NCBI GenBank assembly: GCA_002633005.1
Contig: NMRA01000050.1
Location: 681,820-745,819, forward strand
Source: Phoronis australis
Lineage: Eukaryota > Animalia > Phoronida
DNA: 64,000 bases
Direction: 5' to 3'
In this document: piece after piece, positions 11,901 through 26,900 of the stretch
How the letters are laid out: every line of letters begins with the position of its first letter
Position numbering within the stretch: position 1 is the stretch's first letter
Translations under genes and position numbers: made by a program
The notes under the pieces: generated by a model
What the model saw: the letters and a program-made list of their open reading frames with translations, nothing else
Told to the model about the DNA's origin: nothing
Database searches by the model: none

Positions 11901-14900
11901 TGTCAGACTCTGTTACAGCTTAAAAATCGATTGGGCAAAGGAGCTCAAGGATCTGTGTACTTGGCCGAAAACAAGGTGGACAGTAAGACCTATGTGCTGA
12001 AAAAGGTAAGTGTCCTAACTGATGCGTGCAGGGATATACTTAGCCACTCGACCGGTCTCCAGTGCAAGAAAAAATGGTGCTGGGCAAGCAGAAGTTCACT
12101 TACTGGTCGCCCAGGTGGCGAATAAATTTTCAGAGCGCAAAAGCACTCTATCATTTTCGAGATGAAATTTAAAAATTTTTCTTCCCTGTGCTGTTTTAAT
12201 CCTGAATTTAAGGTTAAGTTTGGTTGGTGTCTTGGTGCTCCAGCAGTAAATTACATCAATGCAGTAGATATTAACTGTTATGTGATTGTCTAGACTGAAG
12301 GTTACAGTGAGTATGATGTGTGGTCCTGCACAAAAGTGAAACTGGAGATGTTTGATGTTTCACACTAATTCCAACCATTTACGAAATTTTTCATACATAG
12401 TATGGGCATGGAGTTTTCAACATATTCCTGAATTTTATGTGAAAATCTTAATCCGGCGTGTAGTCTGGATACCACCTGTTGGCGACCCGATGAATACAGG
12501 TATGAAAAGATTACAGTCAAATGTGATTTTTCTGTTGTGGAGAACACTGAAAAGTTTTATCTCGCTAGCTCCAAACACAGGTCAAAGATGTTGGGCGATT
12601 GTTATCAGCCAAACTATTAGTTTCCCTGGCATTTTGCCAGTTAAAACTGGTGTTTCTCAGTGGAATAATCTAGTTTAACTGAGATAAATTAAAATCTTCA
12701 TCTATAGACAAGTCTGAAGACCAGTCACTGCTCTGTAAACATCTCTACACTGTTTTCATTGGGCTTTGAAAGGAACATGGTAGTGAATGGTCAGATGTGG
12801 AGTCCAATATCGCAAATTACAAGGGAGACTAAAGTGTGCCAAAAATGGTTTACTCACCAAGGTCCTTTTAGAGGGGAGTTGTAAACTAACTTAAGAAACC
12901 CCTCTGTCAGAGGAGAGTCATAACACATGGTAGCCATGGAAGCCACGTTTGGGGTCCTTGCAAGAGCTGGGATTTAGTTAAGTATTATACAAAAAATGAT
13001 GAATCCATTATACCATGCCAGAGAGTGGTCTCTGGAAAAATACAACTTTGCGTTCCCGAAAGTTGTTTTATTGCATTAAAAATCTGAATCAGTTTGCTCT
13101 GGTAAATCTGATGCGCATAAATTTTCCTGGTCTTTTCAAAGTACATTGTTTGTATGAATAAAAGCTTGTTTTCAAGTGAGTTATAACGATATGTATCACA
13201 AAGTCTTTGAAGACTGGGGACCCCCTTACAAAAAACGTTTTGGCCGTGGACCCTAGAGGGTAAATATAGCAAGTGAAAGTAAAGTTTATTTAATATGGAA
13301 TTTAAAATATAAAGAAGCTAACGTTAACACAGATTCTAGTTTATTTAATATGGGATTTAAGATATAAAGAAGCTAAGTAAAACGTTAACACAAATTCTAG
13401 TTTATTTAATATGGGATTTAAGATATAAAGAAGCTAACGTTAACACAAATGCTAGTTTCTGACAATGGGATTATATCTATGCCTAGTACTAGTAGTTGAC
13501 AAATTTTCTCTAAATTTCCTCTCTTCTGGTGCCAAGTCTTTCTTTTCTCAACTTCCCTTCTTGCCCTCTGCATGTACCAGTTGCCACGAAGGTTTCTCCC
13601 TCGTGCCTCATAATTGGGGATCATGTACTCTCCCGGTCCGCCACGTTTCTTACATCATGTTTGGGGGGAGGGGTTGGCACTTGGCACTCTCCCATTTTCA
13701 GAAGTTTGACCCTCGCTCTCCTTCCCTACCTTCTTATGCCTGTGGTTTCCCTATTTAGTTCCCTGCTATTTTTTGGTGTCGAACAGTTTGCCTATCATTG
13801 AGACCAGTAGTTGCTGTTTACTTGTCATGCCAACCTTGGCCTTGCAACAGCATTATCAATGACATATTTATAATTAGTTCACAATCAAAGTCAGGTGGTT
13901 TGATGAGGCCTTTATTTATGCCCCTATTTATTGATAAGGCAAGATAAGACCTGCCAGATAAGTCAGTGCATGCAAGTTTTCAAATGACAGATCTAAGTTT
14001 GTTACAAATTTTCTGAAGTCTTGTCTTGACTAATGGCCATTTGAATTTTGACATGGTAGAATTGTAAGTTCACTCTGATAGTATGATTGAATGCTAATCA
14101 AAGCTCATATCTATTAGTTGTCTCCGATGATTTCATTATCCTTAGTGTTGACTTCGTTTGACTTTTGAAAGTGCTTTGTTTAGGAGAATTTAGACCCTGC
14201 CCTTTTCGTATTGAGTATTCTTTGCTAGTGGTCATTTAAATCTTAGATTGATTTCTTCTTTTGAAAAATTGAATTAATCAGCATATTAAAAGGTAACATT
14301 TTGATTGAGAAAAGTTGATGAATCAACTACAAATTGGTTTGGTACATGAGAGTAATGCAGAACTTCCAGTCAGATGCACCTTCTTTGTAATTTGAGTTGA
14401 TCACAAAGAGGTCAACAATAATAAAATTGCAGGTTTTGCCTAGCTGTTAGCTATTAGCTGACAACCTTTTCCAAGTAATTTAATGACTAGTAACAAAAAA
14501 TCTGTCAATTTCACTGAACTTTGAAAAGTATTAGTAAAGGGGCATTACTTAGGTAATTGGAAAAGTCCATGTATTTTATGCCAATTAAATTCGCCTTGCT
14601 TCAGGGTGGAGCCCAACTCTCACACCTGTCCAACCACCATTGGCATGTGTAAATTGAAAACTCTTACATAATTCAATGATTAGCACAATTAAAAGGTTTA
14701 TTCAATTTCATAGGTTGAATGTACAGATGAAAGTGAGGCCACCAAAGCATTTAAAGAGGTAAGTGCTTTATTATGAATAGATTTAAAGCAGCATTAAACC
14801 CTTGCTTTCTGTCCAAAAACAACTTTTGAGTTAGTTCACTTACCATGATTATAAAATTGGTCTTACATTGTTCTTTACTTTGTTTATAAGTAGTCTCTGG

Positions 14901-17900
14901 GTTGAGACCAAGCTTATGAAATTTCAGATCAAAGGGTATTCCAAAATTGTGTGCTGCCCTCTGTCCGAAGAAGAAACAAACTATTGTTTCAGAGCCCATA
15001 AGTAACACATTTGATATTTTGACTAAAGATTAATTTGAGACCCAATTTCATGGCCTAACTCAAAATGTACCTCTTAAAAATTAAATCATTTGGTAGCAAA
15101 ATTTTGAAAATGTTCGACATGTTATATAGCCCTGTCACGAATACAATGGTTTCACTCAGACTGCATGACATCTACCTCTACAGATGTTACTTGTACTACT
15201 TATTGAGATTGCTGATAACAAGAACATATATTATAACATTCATTGTTTTAAGACCAAAAAATACTACTGGTGTGCTGTTGCTGGCATTGCTGACACCAGA
15301 ATGTTTGAGAAGCTAGATAGATTTTAGTGGTTAGGAATGTTCTTTGCTATCCTAAAGCAACTGCTATATTGCTGCTCTTTAGCCTGATGGGCAGTATCCA
15401 AAATAGCGGCTTTTTCGAGACCGTTTTGACCTGAGTGGTTTGCATATTGGCTTATGCACCTAAGTGTTGCATATAAACCCAGGTAATGTCCCTTGCCTAG
15501 GCCTATACATTTATTCGCTTTCTAGGTGCATCCGTTTTTGTATTATTAAATTTACTTGATTTTCATAAATAACATTTTACCGCATTGGTGCGCGTTTAGA
15601 CCCATTGGCTTATCCAGAACACTGCCTTTTTTCGTGGCCTAATATCTTAACTTAAGTGGTTCACCTATTGGCGCATATGCCTTAATTCCACATATAACAC
15701 AGTTGTGCACAGGTGTCCATGGGCCTTATGGTGTTGTGCAGTAAGGTGTCCATGGGCCTTATGGTGTTGTGCAGTAAGGTGTCCATGGGCCTTATGGTGT
15801 TGTGCAGTAAGGTGTCCATGGGCCTTATGGTGTTGTGCAGTAAGGTGTCCATGGGCCTTATGGTGTTGTGCAGTAAGGTGGCCAAGTTGTGAAAGTCTAG
15901 TTCAATCATACTTAACTCTTTCTTTCCTTTACAAAATAGAAGACTTTAGTCATTTTGTGTATGTTACTGGTGCGATTGGAGGGGTTTCATCTATGTCACT
16001 GCTGTTGTTTTTCTGGGACTTTGGTGACTTGTAAACAACTTATCAGGGAAAACAGCACTTGACTTGTCCGTTGAGCTCACTATTATTTACAGCACGAGTC
16101 ACAAAAAGTTGAAGTGAGCTTCATGCATCAGGTGGATAGTTACGTAGATTTTTGGCAAGTTTTGTGCATGTAAAATTCTCCTGGCATTCGCCATCCAATT
16201 ACGCTTAAGTTTCAGCCCTCTACCTATAAAGCTTGGCCTGCTTTCCAGAAGTGGAAGATCACCATGTGTCACAAGCAAAGCGAGTGATCTCACTTGTCTA
16301 GCTTTACTCAATAAATTTGTGCATCTGTGTAGTGCAGCCAAGGTTTATACATGTCTTCAAGTTTTCAGTGAGTTCAGCAGATGTTCATGAGCTGACAACT
16401 GTCCCAAGGTGCATTTGAAAAACAACCAGTAAAGCTAGTGAGTTAAGATGAACTCCCTGCAATTGATATTGTGACTAACATCTTCCACATGCCATTTCTA
16501 TCAGACAGTGTAGCTTGTGGTATTGCCATATTTTGTTTTGAGTATACCCAGTCGAACAGTACCCCAATGTTTACAAAAAATATTTTGAAATTCCGCAATT
16601 GCACAACAAAATTTATTTTTTTTCTATATGGATGTCAAGAACTCAACCCAAATGAAAATAAGGTTTTATTCGAAATAGTATCAGAATTTCTTTATAACAT
16701 TAAATCTCTTTGTGTGAGTGGATAGAATTGTATACATGTGTAAGAAAATGCATTATTTACATTTGTAATCATATATCATTGTAATCGTAATATCAGTTTT
16801 TTTAATTTATGTATTCGTGTATAATAATAGTATATAGACTTCTTTGTATTTTTTAACCCAGATCTAATGCCTCTTGGCACTTTCTGGGTTATGTATATTC
16901 ATTGTATTCTGAAGATTTCGTAATAAACATTAAAAAAGGGTACCCAGTCCTGCCTGCTGATAAGCCCTGTATTTTAAGTCAGTAACAGCTGTCTCTGCGT
17001 CCTGTCTTTGGCAGCTTGGAAGAACAGTTAGCAAAAACATGCAGCCAAGTTTGTTGTATTCTGCATTCTTACAGCTGGGTGCAAGTGCACCCAAAAATTA
17101 GGATTTAATAGTAGTCTAGTATTCAAGAAAGTAAAATGTAACCTAGTTACTTTCCTGATTGCATAATGATTGTTGGAGCCCATATAGGTAATGGGTGACA
17201 TGCAGATAATACCTGACTCAGTGGGCTTCTTGAATGGGGATTGTTGTCCTTGGCCAGGTACAATGGTATGTGGAATGTATTGATAAATGGGTGTGTATTG
17301 ATAAAGGTGAAGTGAACTGGAACTAAGGAAATGCTTGCAGGAGTGTGCAGTATTGGAGCAGCTGTGACATGACCAGAAATATGCTGACCTTCAAACACTT
17401 GTGAGCCTCTTGGAATTGCTGAAAATAACCCTCCTGCCTGTGAGCTTACCCCCACCTCTAGGCCTGTGCCCAGTTTTGGGAACAAGAACTGGGATTTTTG
17501 TTTGCATCACTAGCTTTGTGAAATTGACAGACATAGAAAACTATAACAAACAAACTATTGTGAAAGTTCATGTTTTCACATTGATGTTCACTTAAATCAT
17601 CATAGAGAGGTGACCTGATGTGTTTTTTAGTGTTACTGTGTAGATGAACCAGATTATGACCAGTGCAAAAGAGTCATGGTATATTGTATGCAGCATTTGC
17701 CTTTTATTCTTAGTTACACTTCCCCATTTTCTAAGTGTCAGTTTTTATGCACCACATATTTATATGTGGACGAATTATGCTGTCATCTCCGTCCGGTCGG
17801 CGACCGCCGTCCGCTGCTCTATCTCCAAAACCCCTTGGCGTATGTTCATGAAATTGTGCTCATGTGTTCCTATCATGTGTGGCACGGCATGAGCCAACTT

Positions 17901-20900
17901 TCAGACGGATTCAATTACTGGTGTGCCCCCTAGTGGCAATTTTAGTTTTTTTTACGATTACCTCTGTATCTTCAAAGGTCCTCAACGCATTTTTCATAAA
18001 AGTTGGTATATAGGCACCTGTTTGTGAGATGATGCTTTCCTGCTGGATTCGACATAGTTTGTGCCACCTAGTGGCCATTTTACAGTTTTCGAGTTTTTAG
18101 GCGTCCACCCCTCTGTCAACCAAATTGCTATAAGGATGATTGTGAAAATTGGCACGTATGTTCTTACCGTAGACATATTAATACTATAGACCGGGTGCAC
18201 GCGCTACTGCAACTGACAACTTGATGCCATATTGGAGAGTGCTACTAATCATGTGACACAGCTAATAGTTGTGTAAACAAACGGGGTAAATTGTCCTTTT
18301 CAAAGCACGATATCTAACAAATAAAGAGGCCGAAGAGTGTGATTTTTTCGAGAAACATACAAAAACGTGTGATGTTTCAGTAGCACATCGCTGCAACCTA
18401 TTTTGATAACAATCCGTCTTTTTACCAGCTGTTTACATGCAGACAGCGGTGCATGCACAATTCAATCACCAATAGTACAGCAGTGACAGCGTAAGGAGAA
18501 TTCTCCGAATAGCCTCATTGATCTTATATGGTCTCAATCACCAAGACTGAGGTGGAAACAACGCATATAGTCGCTCCGCTTAAACTATGGTGACAGAACA
18601 TAAAAACCTAGTTGCAGCACCACTAAACTCTGTGGCAGAACCAAAAAAACCATGACTGAATGACAGGACCAAAAAACTTTACTTTTTGGCTGCAAGCATA
18701 ACACTTCAAGCCGCCCCATTTCCTGACTAATGCCGTAGGGCTCCCAGTGTTTTCTGCCATTTTTGTCCTGTGTAGCACTCTCCAATATGGCGTCATAAAG
18801 ACAATGCGAGCTGCATGTATCTGAGTGGCACGCGCCCGGTCTATGTGATGTCTGCAGTTCTTACTATGAAGAGGACGGCTGACGATGACTTTCCGACGAC
18901 TTCTGACTAATGTGGCGCCTCCTAGTGGTAGTTTTGTTCCTTTGGCTTCTATGGCTGTTACCTAAACCATTTGCAGGATCTTTACTAAAGTTAGCAAGTG
19001 TATTTATATCATGTTAACAACGGACTACGACGACTTTCAGACAGATCTAACTATTGGTGTGCACCCTAGTGGCAAGTTTATTTTTTTACGTTTACCTCTG
19101 TATCTTCAAAGGTTCTCCACACATTTTCATAAAATTTGGCATATAAGCATCTATTAGTAAGATGACGCTATCCTCCCATTTTCATATGGATTCGATGTAG
19201 TTTGCGCCACCTAGTGGCCAATTGTACTGTTTTTCGAGTCCGTTTTTTGGCGTCCACCCATCTCTCAACCAAACTGCTCTAAGAATGATTGTGAAAATTT
19301 ACATGTATGTTCTTACTATGAAGGGGACAGCTGACGACAATTTTCCAACCACTTTGACTGCTGTAGCGCCTTTTAGTAGTAGTTTTGTTTTTTGTGCCTA
19401 TGGCTGTATCTCGTAAACCGTTTGCAGGATCTTTACTAAATTTATCAAGTGTATTTTTTGAAATTATTTCAAAATTTCATGAATGACTGGCATCTATTAG
19501 TGAGATGATACTATCCTCCTGTTTTCGGATGGAATTTGCGCCACCTAGTGGCAGTTTTTGTTTTTTCGAGTCTGTTTTTAAGCATCCACCCCTCCATCTA
19601 CCAAAACCATTCTAAGGAAGGTTTTGAAAATGGGCGTATACTATATGTTCTCAGTGCTAAGACTACAGTTCACGATGACCACTTTGAGTACTGTGGTGTC
19701 TCCTAGTGCGTAGTTTTGTTTTGTTTTGTTTTGCGCCCATAGCTGTATCTCCTAAAGCCACTGCAGGATCTTAATTAACTTTAGGAAGTGTGTTTATATG
19801 AAGATAATAGCAACTTTCAGGTGGATCCAACAAAGACGCTGTAACGCTGTGTCCCCTAGTGGCAATTTCATTTTATTCTGTTTTCCTTTGTTTCTCTGAA
19901 GTTCCTTGACAGATTTTTATGAAATTTGGTGAATAGCTTTTTATTAAAGAAGCAATGACATGTTACTGTTTCCGAATGGATTGGATGTTTTTGCTCCATC
20001 TAGTGGCCATTTTTATGATACAAATAAACAACCGTAAAAGCACACCGTTTGCGGTGCATTCATGGGTGCATTTCAACGCTCCATGTTACTCGTGTTAACA
20101 AATTCCAAGGACTTACTTCTTACTTTTGTTGTAAGAAAGACTTGCTAAGACGCAGTTGGCGACTTAACGAAACTCTCAGGTAGCCATATGAAATCAGAGG
20201 TTGCCAAATCCAGTGTATAAATCTTTTACTAAAAAGGTCGTACCATACTCCATTCTCAGAATCTTATGCGTACCTCGTCAATATCTCCCCCTAAATGTAC
20301 ATAAATTATGTACATTAATTCTCTAACTCATTCCTCCTGCCAAGGGGACACAGATGATCGCATTCACTTGTGGTGCGTGTTTCACTCATCTTTGGAAATC
20401 AACACAAACTTTGAAATGAATAGGGTGATTTTTTGTCTGACTCTGGTTCTCGCTGGGTGACTTAGCAGCCCAATGAGATATTTAGCAGGTTGCCAAACAC
20501 AATCTGATGTATTTGGTTTGGCAACATGCATGTCGCCAAATGGAGCGCCGTGCACTGTTTTTAGCCGCAAGTATTTGACACGTTTGTCCAGTGCAACCTA
20601 GTTATATTACATCATCTTCCAACAAAGAATGAAAATTAAATATGCAATCAGTTGTCTCTAAAGCAAAAAAAAACCTCTGGCTTTTTAAGCACGTGTCAAG
20701 ACTTTCAAGCACGGCACCAAGTTTGAATATGACTGACAGTGTGTTTGTGAAACGTTGTATTTAAAACCCAACGGTTTTGAATTGGCTACCACTCCGGTTT
20801 TAAATAGTTCTGCAATAAATGCAAATTGGTAAAAGTCAAGACTGGCGCTTGTTACAGTATAGAACTGAACACTAAAGGCCAAGAACAAGCCAGTCTGTTT

Positions 20901-23900
20901 GTTTGTCTATCTGTCAGACAGGCAAAAAAACTAGTTCCTTAACTGAACACTAGGTAGCCTTACTGCTGTTTGATTTCCAGTTGGTGTAAATGAAATGTGT
21001 GTCACTGTGTATAATTGTAGGCCATGGCTCTCAATGGACTCCAGCACCCCTATGTGTGTGGCTATAAAGAGTTTTTTGTCACGTGGGACAAAGAGGTAAG
21101 ACACTGTCTAGTACTACCAATAATCAGGGATTTGAAGATGAAAATTGACGTAATACTCAAGGCAGAAATTTGGTGTAACAGTTGTGCTCTGCATAACTAA
21201 TTATGGAAAATAATTAAATCTCGCTTGAGCAAAAATGCAGTTTTTTACAATATATTATATACTTATGCATGTATATATGTATATGTATATTTAGGTACTG
21301 ACATAGACATATACACAGATATAGATACATTGAGATAAAATTATCTTTAGGCTGTGATTAGCTGGTAATTAAAATGTTCTTTTCTTTTTTCTGCAATTGT
21401 GAACTGAGAGCACAAGATCCAATTTCTGTCTCAAGTTTTAAGTCACGTTCAGGCCTTGAGTCAGAAATGTGGTTTTACATTTCCTACTTCACAGTGGCTG
21501 GAAAACATTTAGTCATATAAATATAAATCATTAGTAGTTTTGTGTTTGTTCTCAGACTCTTTGTACTTTTGCTCAAGTGAGATTCAATAATTATTGTTCA
21601 CAAAAATTTTGTATGGAATGTCAGACAAAATTTCTGATTAAAGCCACATTTCATCAAAACAGACCCCTGGGCTGAAGGTCTTATCTTTGTACTCAAAATC
21701 GAACCAAAAATATTTTTGTCATTTAACTGTTTTACTTACAACTTCAAGGTAGCTGTCTAATAGTCTGAGGTGGAGTGAATTGTGGTTTACGCAGATGACG
21801 GCACTCATGGAAAACGTGTTTGAACATTTATCATTGCTCAGTGATAGCAAGTCATACAAGTTGTCACAAATGATGATAAAATTTGCATCAAAAAGTATAC
21901 CGGATATAAATATAAATTCTTATAAACCATTTATATCATATCATACCAGTGGTGATCATTTGTAGGAATCAGTGGTCGATATGGGTTCATAATCTTTTCA
22001 TGATCAATTTTGATCAACCACAATTGCCTATGTGTGTACCCGTGCTCGTTCTGATGTATATTGTAACACGTGGAAGTGATCAAAATGCGCCAGTTGTAGA
22101 TAGACTATAGGCTGATGTTAGACCAAAAAATTTTCAAAATGTTTGCAATGCTGTTGGAAGGCTTTGAAAAATGAAAAATATCAATTTTGACAATTTTTTG
22201 CATGAAATTGATGAGAATTTGCCACAGAAACTAGAGTGTTATTTGACAGAGATGTTGATTTATCTCATAAGTTATGTTCTTGGCATTAGTACTTAATACC
22301 AGAAGTGACAATTTGGTTAAAGGTCACTATGCATGTTATCAGCGCATGTTTGTTACTCTACAGGAATCGGCCATGTTTGTCTGCATCGTCATGGAACTTT
22401 ACAAAAATGGCGACCTAGACAAGGCATTGAGTATGAAGCGGAGTAAGAAGGCGTCCATTGACGAAGTGGTGCGTATGCTGCAGCCATGTGGCGCATTGTA
22501 TGTTGCAGCCAGGTAGCGCATTGTATGCTGCAGCCAGGTGGCGCATTGTATGATGACTACTGATTTCAACTTATAAAGAGCTCATATTATATCCACTAAG
22601 CAATGATGAGTGTGGTTTGACCATCCAATTTGATTGTAATTGTCTCAAATGTACTGCTGTTACTATACCTTCAGAGGTCTAATTGAAGTTGAAATGTATG
22701 GTAATATATTAACAGTCTGTTTGGGTGTAGGTGATTAAGAAGTGGATGGGACAAGTGATTGAAGCCCTCATTTCTGTACATTCCAAAGGTGTCATTCACA
22801 GGTAAAAATAGCTTCTATAGTCTTGTGTTAGCTGATAAAGGTCTATCTGTAGAGTGACCTGTTGGTCTCATGGATGTTCGACTTGTTAGACTCAAAGATG
22901 CTTGACATTGTTCCTGCAGTGCATTCATTTTCTACAAATGATTTTTGCATCCAAAATATTCCCAGGGTTGTCTTTCAAGAAAAGATTTTAAATCTTTGGA
23001 AACATAATGTCAACTGCAGTGCCCTGATAGGTCGTAGACTTGAACTGCCACTAGAGTTCACTGTTTAGGCAGTTTAAGTACAAACAGTAAGTCGGGCGAT
23101 GCCTTCATTCACTGGCTATCAACGACCAAAGTTAAAAAACCAAATGACATTTTACTCTCATTTTTCATATGTCTGCTTGACCATGACAGTAATACAAACA
23201 ATCACAAAGAGTCTTGTCCTTGATATGATTTTTTCAGCAGAAACTTGTTTAGTTTACTGTAGCCTAAATGATTGATACGTGAAATAAGTTCCTCTACATG
23301 GTGTGTTAATTGTGTCAAATAACTCACCGAAGGACTAGCTTGCTCACCACTTTTAATTATGCCAACAGAGATCTGAAGCCAAGTAACATATTTGTAAAGG
23401 AAGACCTGGGCTTGGCTATAGGTGATTTTGGTGTGGCCACACTTATGGGCGATGCTCGGACAAAGACGAGGACAACTGTAGGTAAGCACCTCTCCACACA
23501 ACATATCCTCTGCAGTTGACTGGCTTTATATGTGATGATGTCAGTTTTTTATTTACATTTTTGGTTGACATATAGTTGCAGGCATCAAATGAATTATTGC
23601 TGAGTGTATGTTGCAGGCATCGCTTGGCACTCATTAGATCTATATTCGTTCAAAATGAGTGGTCACAATTTTCCAATTTTTATTGATATAACAGACACGA
23701 GGCTGATATTTACTTCGTGTATAGAAAATATGACATACCTGTTTGTTTACAATATAATTTAAATCATTTTTGTGAACTTGTGACTGCTGTTACATGGGCA
23801 CTGTGTTACATGGTGTGCTGACCAGCAACGTGTCTCAGATTGTTTACAGCACACATCACGAATTTTTGGCCGCCCGGTCGGAAATTGGTCGACGACTAGC

Positions 23901-26900
23901 CGTCGACCGGTCGGCTAATTTGCCGACCGGTCGGCTAAAAATTAGCCGACTGGCAGCCGCCCGCAGTGCCGACTCATAAGGCGACTTCCCAGCCGACCCT
24001 TCAGCCGACCCTTCAGCCGACCGGCCATCAGCCGACCAGCTGGTCGGCTGCTATTTTTAGGCTAGAGTAGCAGTTGCGTAATAGGTTGTCAGGCTGATAC
24101 CACTTTGCGTGTCGATGCATATTCGTCTTAGCACAGGGTCAAATAAATTAACCTAGTTTTACTGTCTCGGTTACATGAGTTCACGTCGGTTGTGTAATAC
24201 CACTAATTCGAAGGTTGAAGGCAAGCGGTAATAGTAAACATTGGATTATGGACAATGCAACAAGTTTTGGATGAAAAACGTGAAAGTTTTCTTTACATTT
24301 GATCTTTAATTTGACTCGTGACGTTAACAAGATGTATTAGATCGGTTGCTTCCCGGTCAATACAACGCTGTAGTCATTTTGTAAACGCAGCTATTTTAGC
24401 AGTCTTCGCCCGCAGTTGATTTCAAGTTGTTTGTGTAACGCCAAACTGCATCTTTTTGCGTTTTTTTAAGTTAGTCACCGGTCTCCTGTCACGCGCCCAT
24501 GATGATGGATTAGTGAGTGAGTTCTTACACCGCGAAAAGCTCTCACTCCAGGGATTTTATTTTCATAGTATTGACCCTTGCAGTACAGACGCGAAATTCA
24601 CGGTCCAGTATGCCCTAAACCCACGGACTTCGATGGCTCTAACTTCGAAATCATATTATGGTTACGATTTCCACGAACTAAGACGGTGACATCACCACTG
24701 TTGAGGCTACAGCAAAGTAGCCTTGCGCATTCCGTTTTCAGTGTATCGGTGACGTTAAAATCTGGGCTAGCAGTTACATGTATACACGTAGTCCCCTATC
24801 AGTTGGTCGTTCACGTTGTTCCAAAAATAAATATTTTCTGTCAACAACATATTGACAAATTATGCAAAATAAAACAATTGTGAACGGCAAGATGTGAATA
24901 CGTGGTGAAGAGGTATTTGTCTCTACGCGGCATATGTGCGTGAAACTTTGGTAAAGCGATTGCGATGGCAAAAAATGATAGAAAATACACAAAGGTGCAC
25001 TTTTGAGAAGCAAAGCGTCTGGTGATCTTGATAGCGTACATGTATGATCTGGCCACCTCAGGTAGTAAGTGACGCTGAATGAGAAGTGGTAACTACATGT
25101 TTGGCGCGAAAATAAAAAAATCATGCTTGTATTGCCAGCCACCCCCCCCCCGAATTTTGCACATTCTAATGAGTCACCACTCGAGATTTGGTTCCGTTTC
25201 AGTCCTAAAATCGCATAATATTTCTGTGCTCAGCTGTAAGAAAAAATACAATTTTTTGAAACGGTGCTCAGTCTTAATAAAGTTTCCAGCATGAGAGCGC
25301 TTTGATCAGAAATGCCAAGCACACGCAGAGTTGTAAGACAGAGACGTTGGCGTTTCCGTATGTCCACAAAAGTGCTTTGAGCAGTGTGTACAAATTTGTT
25401 CATTTCGCTTTTCTGCACTGACGACTATGATCAACACGGTGTTTTAACTACACTTTTGAGTGCATTTTCAAAAATAAATGTTTGGTTGGTGAATTCAGCG
25501 AGTCGGTGCCCACGGGCAGGAAAACGTATCTGCGTAAATAAAGAGTTGCGTTTTCAAAACATTCAGAGCATGAGCTCAAGGACTACCTGAGACAGAAAAT
25601 AAAACCGATTACCAAACAGAAACTTGTCCAATGAATATATAGCTCTTGGAAAACTGTTACCCCGAAGAAATGTGCAAAATGCGAACGTCGTTTACGAAAG
25701 ATTGTACCAGAAGTGATTCGTTGCAGTGGAGCCGCACGGGATAGTAAAAACACTGTGCTGTGCACTAGTTACCTGAATGGAAAGCTGAAGCGGAAAAATC
25801 CAGAACACACATTTTCTATTCAGGAATTGAAATCTCTGTAGAATCAAAAACAATTGGCAACCAGGATTTATTGCGTTAGAAAACTTATCACGCCCGGAGA
25901 GAATTGTTTTCATGCCCGGAGACTACGTGATCACCCATTATGCAATGATGACAATCCAGTGTGTACCTATACATTGGCATCTATTGTAAAACGTGGATTA
26001 GACGAAAGAAATTCAACCGCATTTCGAAGATAATATATCTGTTGTCGGCGAGAGGTTGAATATATAGCCCTTGTTTAGTATAGTACGGACAGTATCACTT
26101 TGAAAGATCAATGCTTGGGGATGGTGACGTGGTGTTCTGGCGTGAAAGTTACTGACATGGTAAGTTTTTGAACCTGACTTATTAAATTTTCAGTTCGGTC
26201 GTATTTTATTTTGATCCTGAAGTGAAGAATTTTTGGTCCTCACTTGATAAATTATAGGTGCTGATGTGATAAATTTTCAGTCTTGACGTGGTGAATTTGG
26301 TCTTTATTTGCTCTTTGGTCTTCTGTGTGAAAACAATCTCAATGTATTGGATTGTTTTAATTCCTGCTTAAGTAAAATGTCTGGTTTTGAGATATTTATT
26401 TTTGGTCCTGGAGAGTTTGCATGTTTTGCTTGGTTTTAATCATGCATAGAAAAGATATGTCGTTAAATGTTTCAAATTAGGCCTCCCATAAATGGGGGGA
26501 GAGCAGGTTGTGTAGCATCGTACTATGTAACTTCTAATATAAATCTAGGTGTTCGTGATTTAGTAATACTATGAAAAATGAGTAGTTTTGACTATGAAAA
26601 ATGAGTAGTTGAGGCTTCTTTTGAAATACTGTATCCTTTGTATATGCCTGGTGTACAAGGCTCAGTGTGATATTATCTAAGCTTTATTATCCTCTATGGC
26701 TTAACAACTATATATCTTCATTCATGCCTGTAAAAGAGGTACTCCCAGGATCATCAAGCATGTGTATGTTTTTATTCTAATGAGGCGTGCTTCGAATGTA
26801 CAATTAGTAATTATACTTTTGCAGTGGTTCATAACAAACGGATTCATTAAACCCAGTAAATATTTTTGCAACTGCTGACTCTGCATATCAGACGTGCATA

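Noticed and set aside
15682-16034. Repetitive ORFs (TLLHNTIRPMD and AVRCPWALWCC)
   Set aside because: By-products of the 33-bp tandem repeat; the same applies to the ORFs over the 36-bp array at 32534-32812.
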